Source of the DNA: an uncultured Planctomycetales bacterium
GTDB taxonomy: Bacteria > Omnitrophota > Gorgyraeia > Zapsychrales > Fredricksoniimonadaceae
NCBI GenBank assembly: GCA_964572155.1
Contig: CAZNDZ010000001.1
Location: 648,840-712,839, forward strand
Direction: 5' to 3'
Length of the DNA: 64,000 nt
The translations under genes and the position numbers were made by a program. The notes beneath the pieces were generated by a model. It had not been told where the DNA came from. It ran no database searches and saw only the letters and a list, made by a program, of their open reading frames with translations. Below are positions 54,933-63,114 of the stretch, piece by piece (positions within the stretch are counted from its first letter, which is position 1; each line of letters starts with the position of its first letter).

Positions 54933-55969
54933 GAACGCACGAAGATTTCATGCAGATGGCCTATGACCTTGCTTTGAAAGGCTGGGGGCATGTGTCGCCC
55001 AATCCTCTCGTCGGTGCTGTCATTGTAAAATCAGGCAAGATCATCGCTGGTGGTTGGCATCCGCATTTTGGCGGACCTCATGCAGAAGCCATGGCCATAG
55101 CGAAGGCTGGCAAAAAAGCTAAAGGCGCTGACCTCTACGTTACCTTAGAACCTTGTTCTCATTTTGGTAAAACCCCACCGTGCACCCAAGCAATCATTGA
55201 GGCTGGTATCAAACATGTCTATGTTGGTGTGCTTGATCCAAATCGAATGATGAACGGTAAGTCGGTTAAGCTTTTACAAAAAGCGGGCATTGGTGTGAGC
55301 GTTGGTTTTCTGCAAGAGGAATTAAATAAGCTCAATGAAAGTTTTAATCATTATATTGTCACCAAAAAACCATTTGTGACCGCCAAGGTTGCGCAGACGA
55401 TAGACGGAAAAATTGCCAATGCTGTGGGGCAATCCAAATGGATCACCTCCCAAGAAGCCCGCGATCATGCCCATGGCTTTCGTTTTGGATTTGATGCTAT
55501 TTTAGTTGGCATTAATACGGTGCTTAAAGATAATCCTGCTTTAAACAGCACACCGCGCAAAAATATCAAGAAGATCGTCTTAGATACAACGTTGCAAATG
55601 CCAAATAAGGGCAAAATTTATGTTGGCACACGACCTGAAGATATTATAATTTTTACCGGTGCCGCAAAAACTAAGTCATTAAAAGCGACCATCGTTCGAG
55701 CGCCACTTAAAAATGGCAAAGTTGATTTGAAGTGGGTATTAGAATATTTAGGCAAGCAATCCGTCGCTAATCTTCTGATAGAGGGCGGTTCAACCGTTAT
55801 TGAAAGTGCGTTAAGAGAAAACTTGGTTCATAAGATGATGTATTACATTGCGCCCAAGATCATGGGCAATGGTTTAAAGGCGATTGATAAGCTTCAAGTT
55901 TTAAAAAACACACAGATGGGGCAAATTGGTCCAGATGTGCTCATCGAAGGGTATCCGACTTCGCTCTAA
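54929..55969 (+). CDS. ribD: bifunctional diaminohydroxyphosphoribosylaminopyrimidine deaminase / 5-amino-6-(5-phosphoribosylamino)uracil reductase
   Basis: CDA zinc motifs HAE...PCxxC (PHAEAMAI, EPCSHFGKTPPC) and C-terminal RibD reductase domain. Confidence 0.9.
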   Translation: MRTHEDFMQMAYDLALKGWGHVSPNPLVGAVIVKSGKIIAGGWHPHFGGPHAEAMAIAKAGKKAKGADLYVTLEPCSHFGKTPPCTQAIIEAGIKHVYVGVLDPNRMMNGKSVKLLQKAGIGVSVGFLQEELNKLNESFNHYIVTKKPFVTAKVAQTIDGKIANAVGQSKWITSQEARDHAHGFRFGFDAILVGINTVLKDNPALNSTPRKNIKKIVLDTTLQMPNKGKIYVGTRPEDIIIFTGAAKTKSLKATIVRAPLKNGKVDLKWVLEYLGKQSVANLLIEGGSTVIESALRENLVHKMMYYIAPKIMGNGLKAIDKLQVLKNTQMGQIGPDVLIEGYPTSL

Positions 55970-56026
55970 AACTTTCGTTTGAGAGCTACGTCGGACTGCG
56001 CCAGCATAAAGAAAGGTAATTGGCTT

Positions 56027-56605
56027 GTGTTTACTGGGATCATTGAAAAGTTAGGTGTGGTTAAGGCGATTAAGCATAACAAGAATCTGATTGTCTTGGA
56101 TCTTGATTGTGGCAAGTTGGCCAAAGATATTAAATTAGGCGATAGCGTTGCCATCAATGGTGTTTGTTTAACCGCGACGACAAAGAAGGCAAGTGTCGTA
56201 AGTTTTGATTTAATGAAAGAAACCGTCGAAAAAACATCACTTAAGCAAATCAACATTGGCACCAAGGTTAACATGGAGCTAGCACTTAAAGCCAACAGTC
56301 GATTCGGCGGTCATTTTGTCACCGGCCACGTCGATGAGGTGGGGGTCATTGAATCAATCGAAAAACTACCCAACTGGGTCGCCATCACCATTACCGTATC
56401 CAAATCCGCCATCAAACACCTAGTCCCCAAAGGCTCCGTCACGGTCGATGGCATCAGCCTTACCGTCGGCAAAGTTAGCAAGAAAACCTTCAGCATTTAT
56501 CTCATTCCCTACACCCTTAAAGCCACCAATCTAGCCTCCAAAAAGTTGGGCGACTGGCTTAATATTGAAACAGATATCTTGGCAAAGTATATACTTAAGC
56601 AGTAA
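56027..56605 (+). CDS. ribE: riboflavin synthase alpha subunit
   Basis: GTG start gives M-FTGIIEKLG..., the canonical RibE N-terminus; two lumazine-binding repeats; ORF track start 55979 is an in-frame upstream extension. Confidence 0.85.
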   Translation: MFTGIIEKLGVVKAIKHNKNLIVLDLDCGKLAKDIKLGDSVAINGVCLTATTKKASVVSFDLMKETVEKTSLKQINIGTKVNMELALKANSRFGGHFVTGHVDEVGVIESIEKLPNWVAITITVSKSAIKHLVPKGSVTVDGISLTVGKVSKKTFSIYLIPYTLKATNLASKKLGDWLNIETDILAKYILKQ

Positions 56606-56609
56606 GGAA

Positions 56610-56882
56610 TTATCGTTTTTCTACAGCTAATTTCTCCGCAACCCACATGCGGATTAGTGTTAAATAACCTAGCCCACGTTTTGCAGCTGCTTTCTTTAGA
56701 GAATTAATCATTTGATCATCAATACGCAGAGAGATAAGTCTTTTGCGTGGTTTTGGAAAATGAACATTTTTAACTTCTTCTAATTCCTCTTCGAATTCAG
56801 TAATTGAATGCGTCTTCCAAAAAGCTGCTTCTTCATTCTTTGATTTAAACTTTGGTATAGTTTTAGCAATTGTTTCTTTCAT
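56610..56882 (-). CDS. brnA: BrnA-family antitoxin (RHH/CopG-like)
   Basis: 90 aa ...FEEELEEV...KRLISLRIDDQMINSLKKAAAKRGLGYLTLIRMWV... typical BrnA; 1-nt gap to upstream brnT on the same strand. Confidence 0.7.
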   Translation of the reverse strand: MKETIAKTIPKFKSKNEEAAFWKTHSITEFEEELEEVKNVHFPKPRKRLISLRIDDQMINSLKKAAAKRGLGYLTLIRMWVAEKLAVEKR

Positions 56883-56883
56883 A

Positions 56884-57183
56884 TTATCTCCGTTGAAATC
56901 GATGTCGTTCTGAATCAGTCATGCTCCTTGCAGTGATTACATAAACTTTGCTTTTTGGTTTAAGTTCCATAATAACTGTTAAATAGCGACCTTGGTCAGT
57001 CCGACCAAGAACATAGAAACGATCTTGTCGACTTTTTAATATCAAGGGGTTGTTAAAGCAAGCCTCCTCAGCTTCTTCTGGACTTACATGGTGCTCGGCA
57101 ATATGGGGGACATTAAAATGATCCCATATGAAGGATTTAATGATCACTAGGTATCCTTTCTTTAAGTATATATGTATATACAA
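56884..57183 (-). CDS. brnT: BrnT-family (DUF497) ribonuclease toxin
   Basis: ...FIWDHFNVPHIAEHHVSPEEAEEACFNNP...RFYVLGRTDQGRYLTVI... matches BrnT/DUF497 conservation; true start may lie downstream of ATG 57183. Confidence 0.65.
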   Translation of the reverse strand: MYIHIYLKKGYLVIIKSFIWDHFNVPHIAEHHVSPEEAEEACFNNPLILKSRQDRFYVLGRTDQGRYLTVIMELKPKSKVYVITARSMTDSERHRFQRR

Positions 57184-57370
57184 TAGATGTCAAATTTTTG
57201 GGTCAATTTTAATAGATTGTTTTTGGGGGATTTCTATTCTAAAACGACATGGGGGATGCCGTTGGAATCAAATTCTTCGTAATATTATCATCTTATGTGT
57301 GAAAGTCAAATGATCGAAATAATTGACATCAAAGTGGATGGCTTGTGGTTTTGTATGGTAAGCTTGTTTT

Positions 57371-57757
57371 ATGAGTGCCCCATTGAAGGTTATTGTCATT
57401 GATGATGATCCGGACATGTGCGCGTTGACCCAAAAGGTATTGGTGAAGTTTGGGCACGAAGTTAATGCGTTTTGTGATAGTGACGCAGGCATTGCGTTTG
57501 CTAAAAAGAGTAAGCTTAATCTTATCTTGATGGACATCATGCTCCCAGGATTAAGTGGCCCAGAACTTGTTATATCATTCCAAAAAGATCCCCAATTAAA
57601 AAATATCCCTGTTGTTTTTCTAACTGGCTTAGTCTCAGGCCAAGAGAAGAACATGCAGAATGAAGGCATTGAAGTGGGCGGTAAGAAGTACCCTACTTTA
57701 GGTAAACCTTATGAGATTGAACAATTATTAAGTGTGGTTAAGAAATATGCTGTCTAA
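57371..57757 (+). CDS. single-domain response regulator (CheY-like receiver)
   Basis: Receiver motifs VIDDD...LILMDIMLPGLSG...; 128 aa, no output domain. Confidence 0.8.
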   Translation: MSAPLKVIVIDDDPDMCALTQKVLVKFGHEVNAFCDSDAGIAFAKKSKLNLILMDIMLPGLSGPELVISFQKDPQLKNIPVVFLTGLVSGQEKNMQNEGIEVGGKKYPTLGKPYEIEQLLSVVKKYAV

Positions 57758-57777
57758 CGCCATGGAGCCATAAGGTT

Positions 57778-58896
57778 ATGTCAAAAGAGATTCACGTAAT
57801 GTTTTTTGATGATGATGAAAATGCGCTCTATGAGATCTCTCGATTATTTGTCGATGAACCATATGGCATTCTAACCGCCACAACACTTGACCACGCCAAA
57901 GATATTTTACGCAAACATAAGATCAAGGTCGTTGTTTGTGGGCAGCAGATGAGGGATATTCACGGGGTCAAGTTCTTACAGGAAGTAAAAGGATTTTATC
58001 CAGATACGGTTCGAATTTTATCAGCGTCATATACAGATTTTGCCGCTGTCGAAGAAGCGATTAACTTAGGCGAAGTCTATAGGATTATTAGCAAGCCTTG
58101 GAAGAATTCGGAATTATTGTTTAATATCCGTCGAGCGATTGAACATTATGACTTGATTGTGAAAGCAGAAGAAACCAATCAACGCTTGAAGGCTATGTAT
58201 GATGTGCAGCGTGAATTCACATCAACGGTATCGCATGAATTGCGTACACCACTCGCATCCATTAAGACCGCCATTGATTTGGTTGTCATGAAAGCTTTAG
58301 GAGACATTAATAAAGAACAAGCTGAAGTTTTAAGACGTGCGAAGCGTAATGTTGACCGCTTAAAGCGTTTGATTGACGACATTTTAGATTTGACTAAGAT
58401 GGAATCTGGTAAGCTGCAAATGAATTTTATGCTCAACGACATCAATCGTGCGGTCAAAGAAGTGGTTGATGCACAAAAGGAAGTTGCACAAAAACGCAAC
58501 CTGTATTTAAAAGCACAATTAGATTCCCATATACCGCATATTAATTTTGATAGTGATCGTATTATTCAAGTCGTTAATAATTTGGTTGGCAATGCGATTA
58601 AGTTCACTAAGGTTGGTGGCATTACAATTAAAACAACCTTGAATACAAAAGAGCACTGCGTTTTAATCAGCGTCATTGATACAGGCAAGGGCATTGCTGA
58701 AGAGGATTTGCCAAAACTATTTCAAAAGTTTCATCAAATAGAATCCGCAGAGTCTAATGAAGAAGGTGGTACAGGTTTAGGGTTGGCGATCTCAAAAGAA
58801 ATCGTTGCGCGGCATCGTGGGTCTATTTGGGTTGATTCGGTTCTTGATGAGGGGACAACCTTTAGTTTTATGTTACCATTACCGGAAGATAAATAA
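57778..58896 (+). CDS. hybrid histidine kinase with N-terminal pseudo-receiver domain
   Basis: HisKA H-box SHELRTPLASI, HATPase N/G boxes (NLVGNAIKFT, DTGKGI, GTGLGLAISK); N-terminal receiver-like fold lacks the phospho-Asp (VVVCGQQM); no TM segment. Confidence 0.85.
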   Translation: MSKEIHVMFFDDDENALYEISRLFVDEPYGILTATTLDHAKDILRKHKIKVVVCGQQMRDIHGVKFLQEVKGFYPDTVRILSASYTDFAAVEEAINLGEVYRIISKPWKNSELLFNIRRAIEHYDLIVKAEETNQRLKAMYDVQREFTSTVSHELRTPLASIKTAIDLVVMKALGDINKEQAEVLRRAKRNVDRLKRLIDDILDLTKMESGKLQMNFMLNDINRAVKEVVDAQKEVAQKRNLYLKAQLDSHIPHINFDSDRIIQVVNNLVGNAIKFTKVGGITIKTTLNTKEHCVLISVIDTGKGIAEEDLPKLFQKFHQIESAESNEEGGTGLGLAISKEIVARHRGSIWVDSVLDEGTTFSFMLPLPEDK

Positions 58897-58899
58897 CTT

Positions 58900-59688
58900 A
58901 TGGCCGACAATAGCACCAAAACAATTCTAGTTATTGACGATGAAATTGATTTGCAACAATTGGTCAAAATTGCTTTAGCTTCTAAAGGCTATAAGATTGA
59001 AACAGCCAATAATGGTGTAGAAGGTTTAGAAAAACTTAAAAAATTAACCCCTGATTTGATCATCTTAGATTTGAACATGCCAAAGATGGGGGGCTTGGAA
59101 TTTTATCAAAAGATTTGTGACGACAAAGGTCAGCCCAAATATCCCGTCTTTATTTTATCAGCACGCGCGAATATGACCCAGTTGTTCAAAGATTTTAATA
59201 TCAATGGTTTTATGACCAAGCCATTTGAGATTGATGAATTGTTAGATGAAGTTGATACCATCATCACTAAGAAATCACCGCAGATTAAGAAGATCACGGT
59301 CAGAGGTGTTGAGCGTGCTCCTAAGGTTTGTGTGGTTGAAACAGATCAGGAAATCTTAAAGAAGTTAGGCATGGAGTTCTTAAACAGCGGTTATTTGGTT
59401 AATTCAGCCTCGAATGGGACTGATGCTATTGAACGCATCTATGAGACTTTACCGGACATTGCCTTGGTTAAGTTGGCCTTGGATGATTTATCGGGAGATC
59501 TTGTTATCCTCCAGTTAAAGCGTATGACAAAGACACAACACATAAAATTTATCCTCTATGCGAGTTATGTTGCAGAGAGGACCATCATCGTTGATAAGAT
59601 CAGTAAAAAAGAAGGCATCGACTGCTTTGTGCAATACTCCAACCTGCAGCAATTAATCAATGCCACGCATGAATTATTAAGAATCTAG
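58900..59688 (+). CDS. response regulator with receiver plus C-terminal degenerate receiver-like domain
   Basis: Canonical receiver (LVIDDE...IILDLNMP...) followed by a second receiver-like fold with altered acidic pocket (VVETDQE...). Confidence 0.7.
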   Translation: MADNSTKTILVIDDEIDLQQLVKIALASKGYKIETANNGVEGLEKLKKLTPDLIILDLNMPKMGGLEFYQKICDDKGQPKYPVFILSARANMTQLFKDFNINGFMTKPFEIDELLDEVDTIITKKSPQIKKITVRGVERAPKVCVVETDQEILKKLGMEFLNSGYLVNSASNGTDAIERIYETLPDIALVKLALDDLSGDLVILQLKRMTKTQHIKFILYASYVAERTIIVDKISKKEGIDCFVQYSNLQQLINATHELLRI

Positions 59689-59743
59689 GCTCAAATCCTC
59701 AAGGTTTGCATTTGGCCTTATAGTATGTATATACTATACGGTT

Positions 59744-62700
59744 ATGCAGAAAGCCCTTTTTAGCCTTATTTTAGTTAGTTTCTTATCCTCAACAATTTCG
59801 CTTCCAGCTGCACGAGCACAGGTGGTTTTACCTCAGATGCCGGCGCCTGGGACTATGGTTGACGTAACGCCTGCGTTTACACCAGCCTACTTAAAAGGTC
59901 TTGTCATTCATCCTGAATATCCGCTGCAATTTGATTTTCTCGTCCATCGTGGGCAAGGAAATTTAAGTGATTCACAAAAAAATCAAGAATACTCAAAGCT
60001 CATCAAGTATTTTCTAACCGCATTAACCATCTCAGAAAAAGATCAATGGGTGAATTTAAGTCCTTATGAAAAAGAGCGCATCATCCCAGACACATTCGGC
60101 CAGACGCAAATGGGGCAGGACCTGTTAGCTCAAGATTATATGCTCAAGCAGTTGTCCGCGAGCTTGCTTTATCCTGAAGGGGAAGCTGGTAAGCGATTTT
60201 GGTCGAGTATTTATGCATCTGCTAAAAAGCATGGCGGGCTAAATGTGCCTCTTAATGCCTTTAATAAAGTATGGATTGTCCCAGACAAAGCTGTGCTGTA
60301 TGAAAAAGGCAACACCGTTTATGTTTTAGAAAATCATTTGAAGGTGATGTTGGAGGAAGATTATTTAGCTAAGGGTAAGAATAAAATAAAATCTTCTAAT
60401 ACGAATTCTGAAATCATTAAACAAATCATCCTTCCTGAAATTGAAAAAGAAATCAATACCGGCAAAAATTTCGCAGCCTTGCGTCAAGTATATAGCGGCA
60501 TGTTGTTGGCGACCTGGTATAAACGCGCGTTAAAAGAATCATTATTAAACAAGGTTTATGCTAATCAAGCCAAAGTGCAAGGCGTTGATGCTAATCCAGA
60601 AAACAATCAAGCGATCTACGCGCAGTATTTGCAGGCTTTTAAAAAAGGCGCATTTAATTTGATCAAAGACACAGACGAGATGGGCGTGTCTGGTCCAAGG
60701 AAATATTTTGCAGGTGGGACAAAATCATACGATCCTAATAAAATTATTGTCTTAAAAAAGATAGATAGTGCGATGGCAGAGGGAGTTAATGATGAAGAAG
60801 AAAATGTAGATATAGCCCACGTTCGACTAGGATCACAAACAAATGGCTCAGTTCAAAGCATTTATCGGTTTCGAGATGCTAGTCCGTATAAACGAATTGC
60901 TAGAAAAGTAGGAATGGTGCCACGTATAAAGGTAAGTAAAGGTGCTGAAGCTACGGGGGCAGTCTCAGAAGCAAGATTGCCGGATATTGTTTTAGAGCAA
61001 TCAGTTCCAAAGAAGATATTGCAGCGTTCAAATCAACATGCTATCAGAGCAAAGCTAAGAAAGATTATACAAATAAGAGAAAAGATTTCGGAAGGGCTTG
61101 ATTTATACATGTCGAATACTGGAGATATGGGATTTGTGTTGGGAGTAAATTATGAGGTTGAGAAAAACAAAGGCTGGATTTTCCAAGATGAGTACAGAAA
61201 AATGAATGGATTAGCCGGGTGGGGGTTGTTTTCAAAGATGATGTATAAGAATAATTTAACCAATACATTACCTGGGGCGCAAAGCATTCAATTAAATCCT
61301 ATCACAGAGTCGCAAATGCGCATAGTTTTAGGCGCTGTTAAATATAAGCGTTATTGGGATATTATTGAACCATATTTGCCTAATGAGGATTTTGATGCTG
61401 AGCTTGAGATTTATCAGTTTTTAGCCAATGACATTGGTTTAACACTCGGTACTTATAACGAAGATTATCCTGCGCCTTCAAGAGTTAAGCAGAAAACAAC
61501 ATATTATTTGAAAGATGCGTTAAATATTTCAAAAGATGAGTTAGAAGCAAAAATGCTTACAACATTACTCAATTTGGAATGGTTTTTACAACAAGATGCC
61601 GCTATGTCTTCGCGAAGAGAATTTCTATCAAGAGTGTGGCTTGCTGTCTTGGCAGCAACTGGGGCGATCAATTCTACGGGAAATTCTGAATATAGGGAAT
61701 TGGTTGGTAATGTTGGGATGACATTTCGATTTATTGAGCGCAATTTTCGAAGTCCTTACCCAGATCCTGTTGTTGCTCGGGCTAGTTTTTTAGAGAAGAT
61801 GGCTATCTTGCATGAAAAGAGTGTGGATATTGAAGTTAGTCTAGAGAAACTCTCAAAAATAATTAAAGGAAAGCTCTTCAAAGAAACTAGGCAAGGGGCA
61901 ATGGAATATTTGCTTGAGACCAGAGAAATGTTATTGCTTCGAGAATATAGACTATTAGATAATTTATTATTGAGTAATCCTCGACAAAATGCTGTTTTGG
62001 TTAGAGAGCGTGCATATGAAATTTTAAATAATGTTCCAATGCCAGCCTATATTCAGGAAGAATATAAAGCCTTGATTAAGAAGACAATTAATGATTCTGC
62101 TCAAGCATCTATTGAAAATAGATTTCAACGATATGCCGACATTGGAAAGTTGTTTGAGGGGAATCCGGAGGTTTTAAAGAAGGGATGGTGGGTGGCTTTT
62201 GATTTGGATAGAACGAAGGATATTGTAGGGGATGAGCGTCAGATACAAATGGTTAGATTATTGAATAAGGTTTTGATTGATCATGTTGGTCAAGATGTGC
62301 AATTTTTTTCTACCTGGCGTGTGGATATTCATTTTCAAAAGGAAGAAGGTTTTATGTATATTCCCTCGTCACTAAAAAAGGGGCAATTGTCTGCGTTATT
62401 AGATGATATACGTTTAGCATTTAAGACATTATCAAAAGGTCAAACAGTCACATTTGCAGCACTGCCTGCCAGACAAGTCGGTTTGATCAAAGCGAATCAT
62501 AAGCAGCTGTTTAATATTGTGGGGCCAGATAAGATGGATGAAATTTTCTTTTCTACATTAAGAGAATCAAAGGGCAAACGCGATGTAGCAAGGACTGACA
62601 CATATGGGGATAAGACAGTTTTTGTTCCTAAGGGGGGTATTGATATGAACCCAGATGGATTAGAGCTTGAGATTAAGCGGGATCAAACGATAAAGATGTC

Positions 62701-62809
62701 TCAGATGAATGTTAGTTCCATTGATTTAGGCCAGATTCAAGGGTTTGTACCACGCATTTTATCCATCGTTCCCGCCTCGGAAACGTCGGTTTTTAGCAGT
62801 TTGCAATAA
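59744..62809 (+). CDS. large secreted protein of unrecognised family (paralog B, 1021 aa)
   Basis: Signal peptide ...ISLPAARAQ/VV; N-terminal roughly 330 aa align closely with the 47371-49959 protein (PLQFDFL, DQWVNLSPYE, LLAQDY, NAFNKVWI.PD.AV, LKVMLEEDYLAKxKN, FAALRQV.SGM.LATWYKRALK); shared C-terminal ...GFVPRIL.I.PAS... motif. Confidence 0.6.
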   Translation: MQKALFSLILVSFLSSTISLPAARAQVVLPQMPAPGTMVDVTPAFTPAYLKGLVIHPEYPLQFDFLVHRGQGNLSDSQKNQEYSKLIKYFLTALTISEKDQWVNLSPYEKERIIPDTFGQTQMGQDLLAQDYMLKQLSASLLYPEGEAGKRFWSSIYASAKKHGGLNVPLNAFNKVWIVPDKAVLYEKGNTVYVLENHLKVMLEEDYLAKGKNKIKSSNTNSEIIKQIILPEIEKEINTGKNFAALRQVYSGMLLATWYKRALKESLLNKVYANQAKVQGVDANPENNQAIYAQYLQAFKKGAFNLIKDTDEMGVSGPRKYFAGGTKSYDPNKIIVLKKIDSAMAEGVNDEEENVDIAHVRLGSQTNGSVQSIYRFRDASPYKRIARKVGMVPRIKVSKGAEATGAVSEARLPDIVLEQSVPKKILQRSNQHAIRAKLRKIIQIREKISEGLDLYMSNTGDMGFVLGVNYEVEKNKGWIFQDEYRKMNGLAGWGLFSKMMYKNNLTNTLPGAQSIQLNPITESQMRIVLGAVKYKRYWDIIEPYLPNEDFDAELEIYQFLANDIGLTLGTYNEDYPAPSRVKQKTTYYLKDALNISKDELEAKMLTTLLNLEWFLQQDAAMSSRREFLSRVWLAVLAATGAINSTGNSEYRELVGNVGMTFRFIERNFRSPYPDPVVARASFLEKMAILHEKSVDIEVSLEKLSKIIKGKLFKETRQGAMEYLLETREMLLLREYRLLDNLLLSNPRQNAVLVRERAYEILNNVPMPAYIQEEYKALIKKTINDSAQASIENRFQRYADIGKLFEGNPEVLKKGWWVAFDLDRTKDIVGDERQIQMVRLLNKVLIDHVGQDVQFFSTWRVDIHFQKEEGFMYIPSSLKKGQLSALLDDIRLAFKTLSKGQTVTFAALPARQVGLIKANHKQLFNIVGPDKMDEIFFSTLRESKGKRDVARTDTYGDKTVFVPKGGIDMNPDGLELEIKRDQTIKMSQMNVSSIDLGQIQGFVPRILSIVPASETSVFSSLQ

Positions 62810-62917
62810 ATTGACGCAATGGGGTATGGGTGTTAGAATAGCCAGCTTTTATGCGGGGTTTCGGGAAGGCATACTTTTCTAGTAGTTGTTCTATTAAGTT
62901 TATGGAAGTCTGCACAT

Positions 62918-62970
62918 CTCCCGAAATTTCCTGTATGTAGGTTTTGATAGTCAGAGGAAATTTCGGGAAG
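62918..62970. repeat. 13-bp perfect inverted repeat TCCCGAAATTTCC / GGAAATTTCGGGA whose right arm overlaps the 5' acceptor stem of tRNA-Pro
   Basis: 62918-62931 ctcccgaaatttcc and 62956-62970 ggaaatttcgggaag read directly; a third TTTCGGGAAGG copy lies at 62859-62869. Confidence 0.6.
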
Positions 62971-63037
62971 TAGCGCAGGTGGCTAGCGCGCTTCGTTCGG
63001 GACGAAGAGGTCGTGGGTTCAAATCCCGCCTTCCCGA
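62964..63037 (+). tRNA. tRNA-Pro (anticodon CGG)
   Basis: Cloverleaf folded by hand: acceptor CGGGAAG/CTTCCCG with bacterial tRNA-Pro-specific C1:G72, D-stem GCGC/GCGC, anticodon stem CTTCG/CGAAG with loop TTCGGGA (U33, CGG, G37), variable loop AGGTC, T-arm GTGGG-TTCAAAT-CCCGC, discriminator A73; CCA not encoded. Confidence 0.85.
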
Positions 63038-63114
63038 CTTTATTAAAAAAGGGATTTGAAGCCGAGTCGAGCGCCAACGGTTCAAGCGAGACCGGCCGGA
63101 AGCAAAAAATTAAT

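Noticed and set aside
55979-56026. N-terminal 16-codon extension of ribE from ATG 55979 (MRATSDCASIKKGNWL...)
   Set aside because: The canonical riboflavin synthase N-terminus M-FTGIIE begins at GTG 56027, preceded by an AAAGAAAGG RBS-like sequence; the extension overlaps the ribD 3' end.
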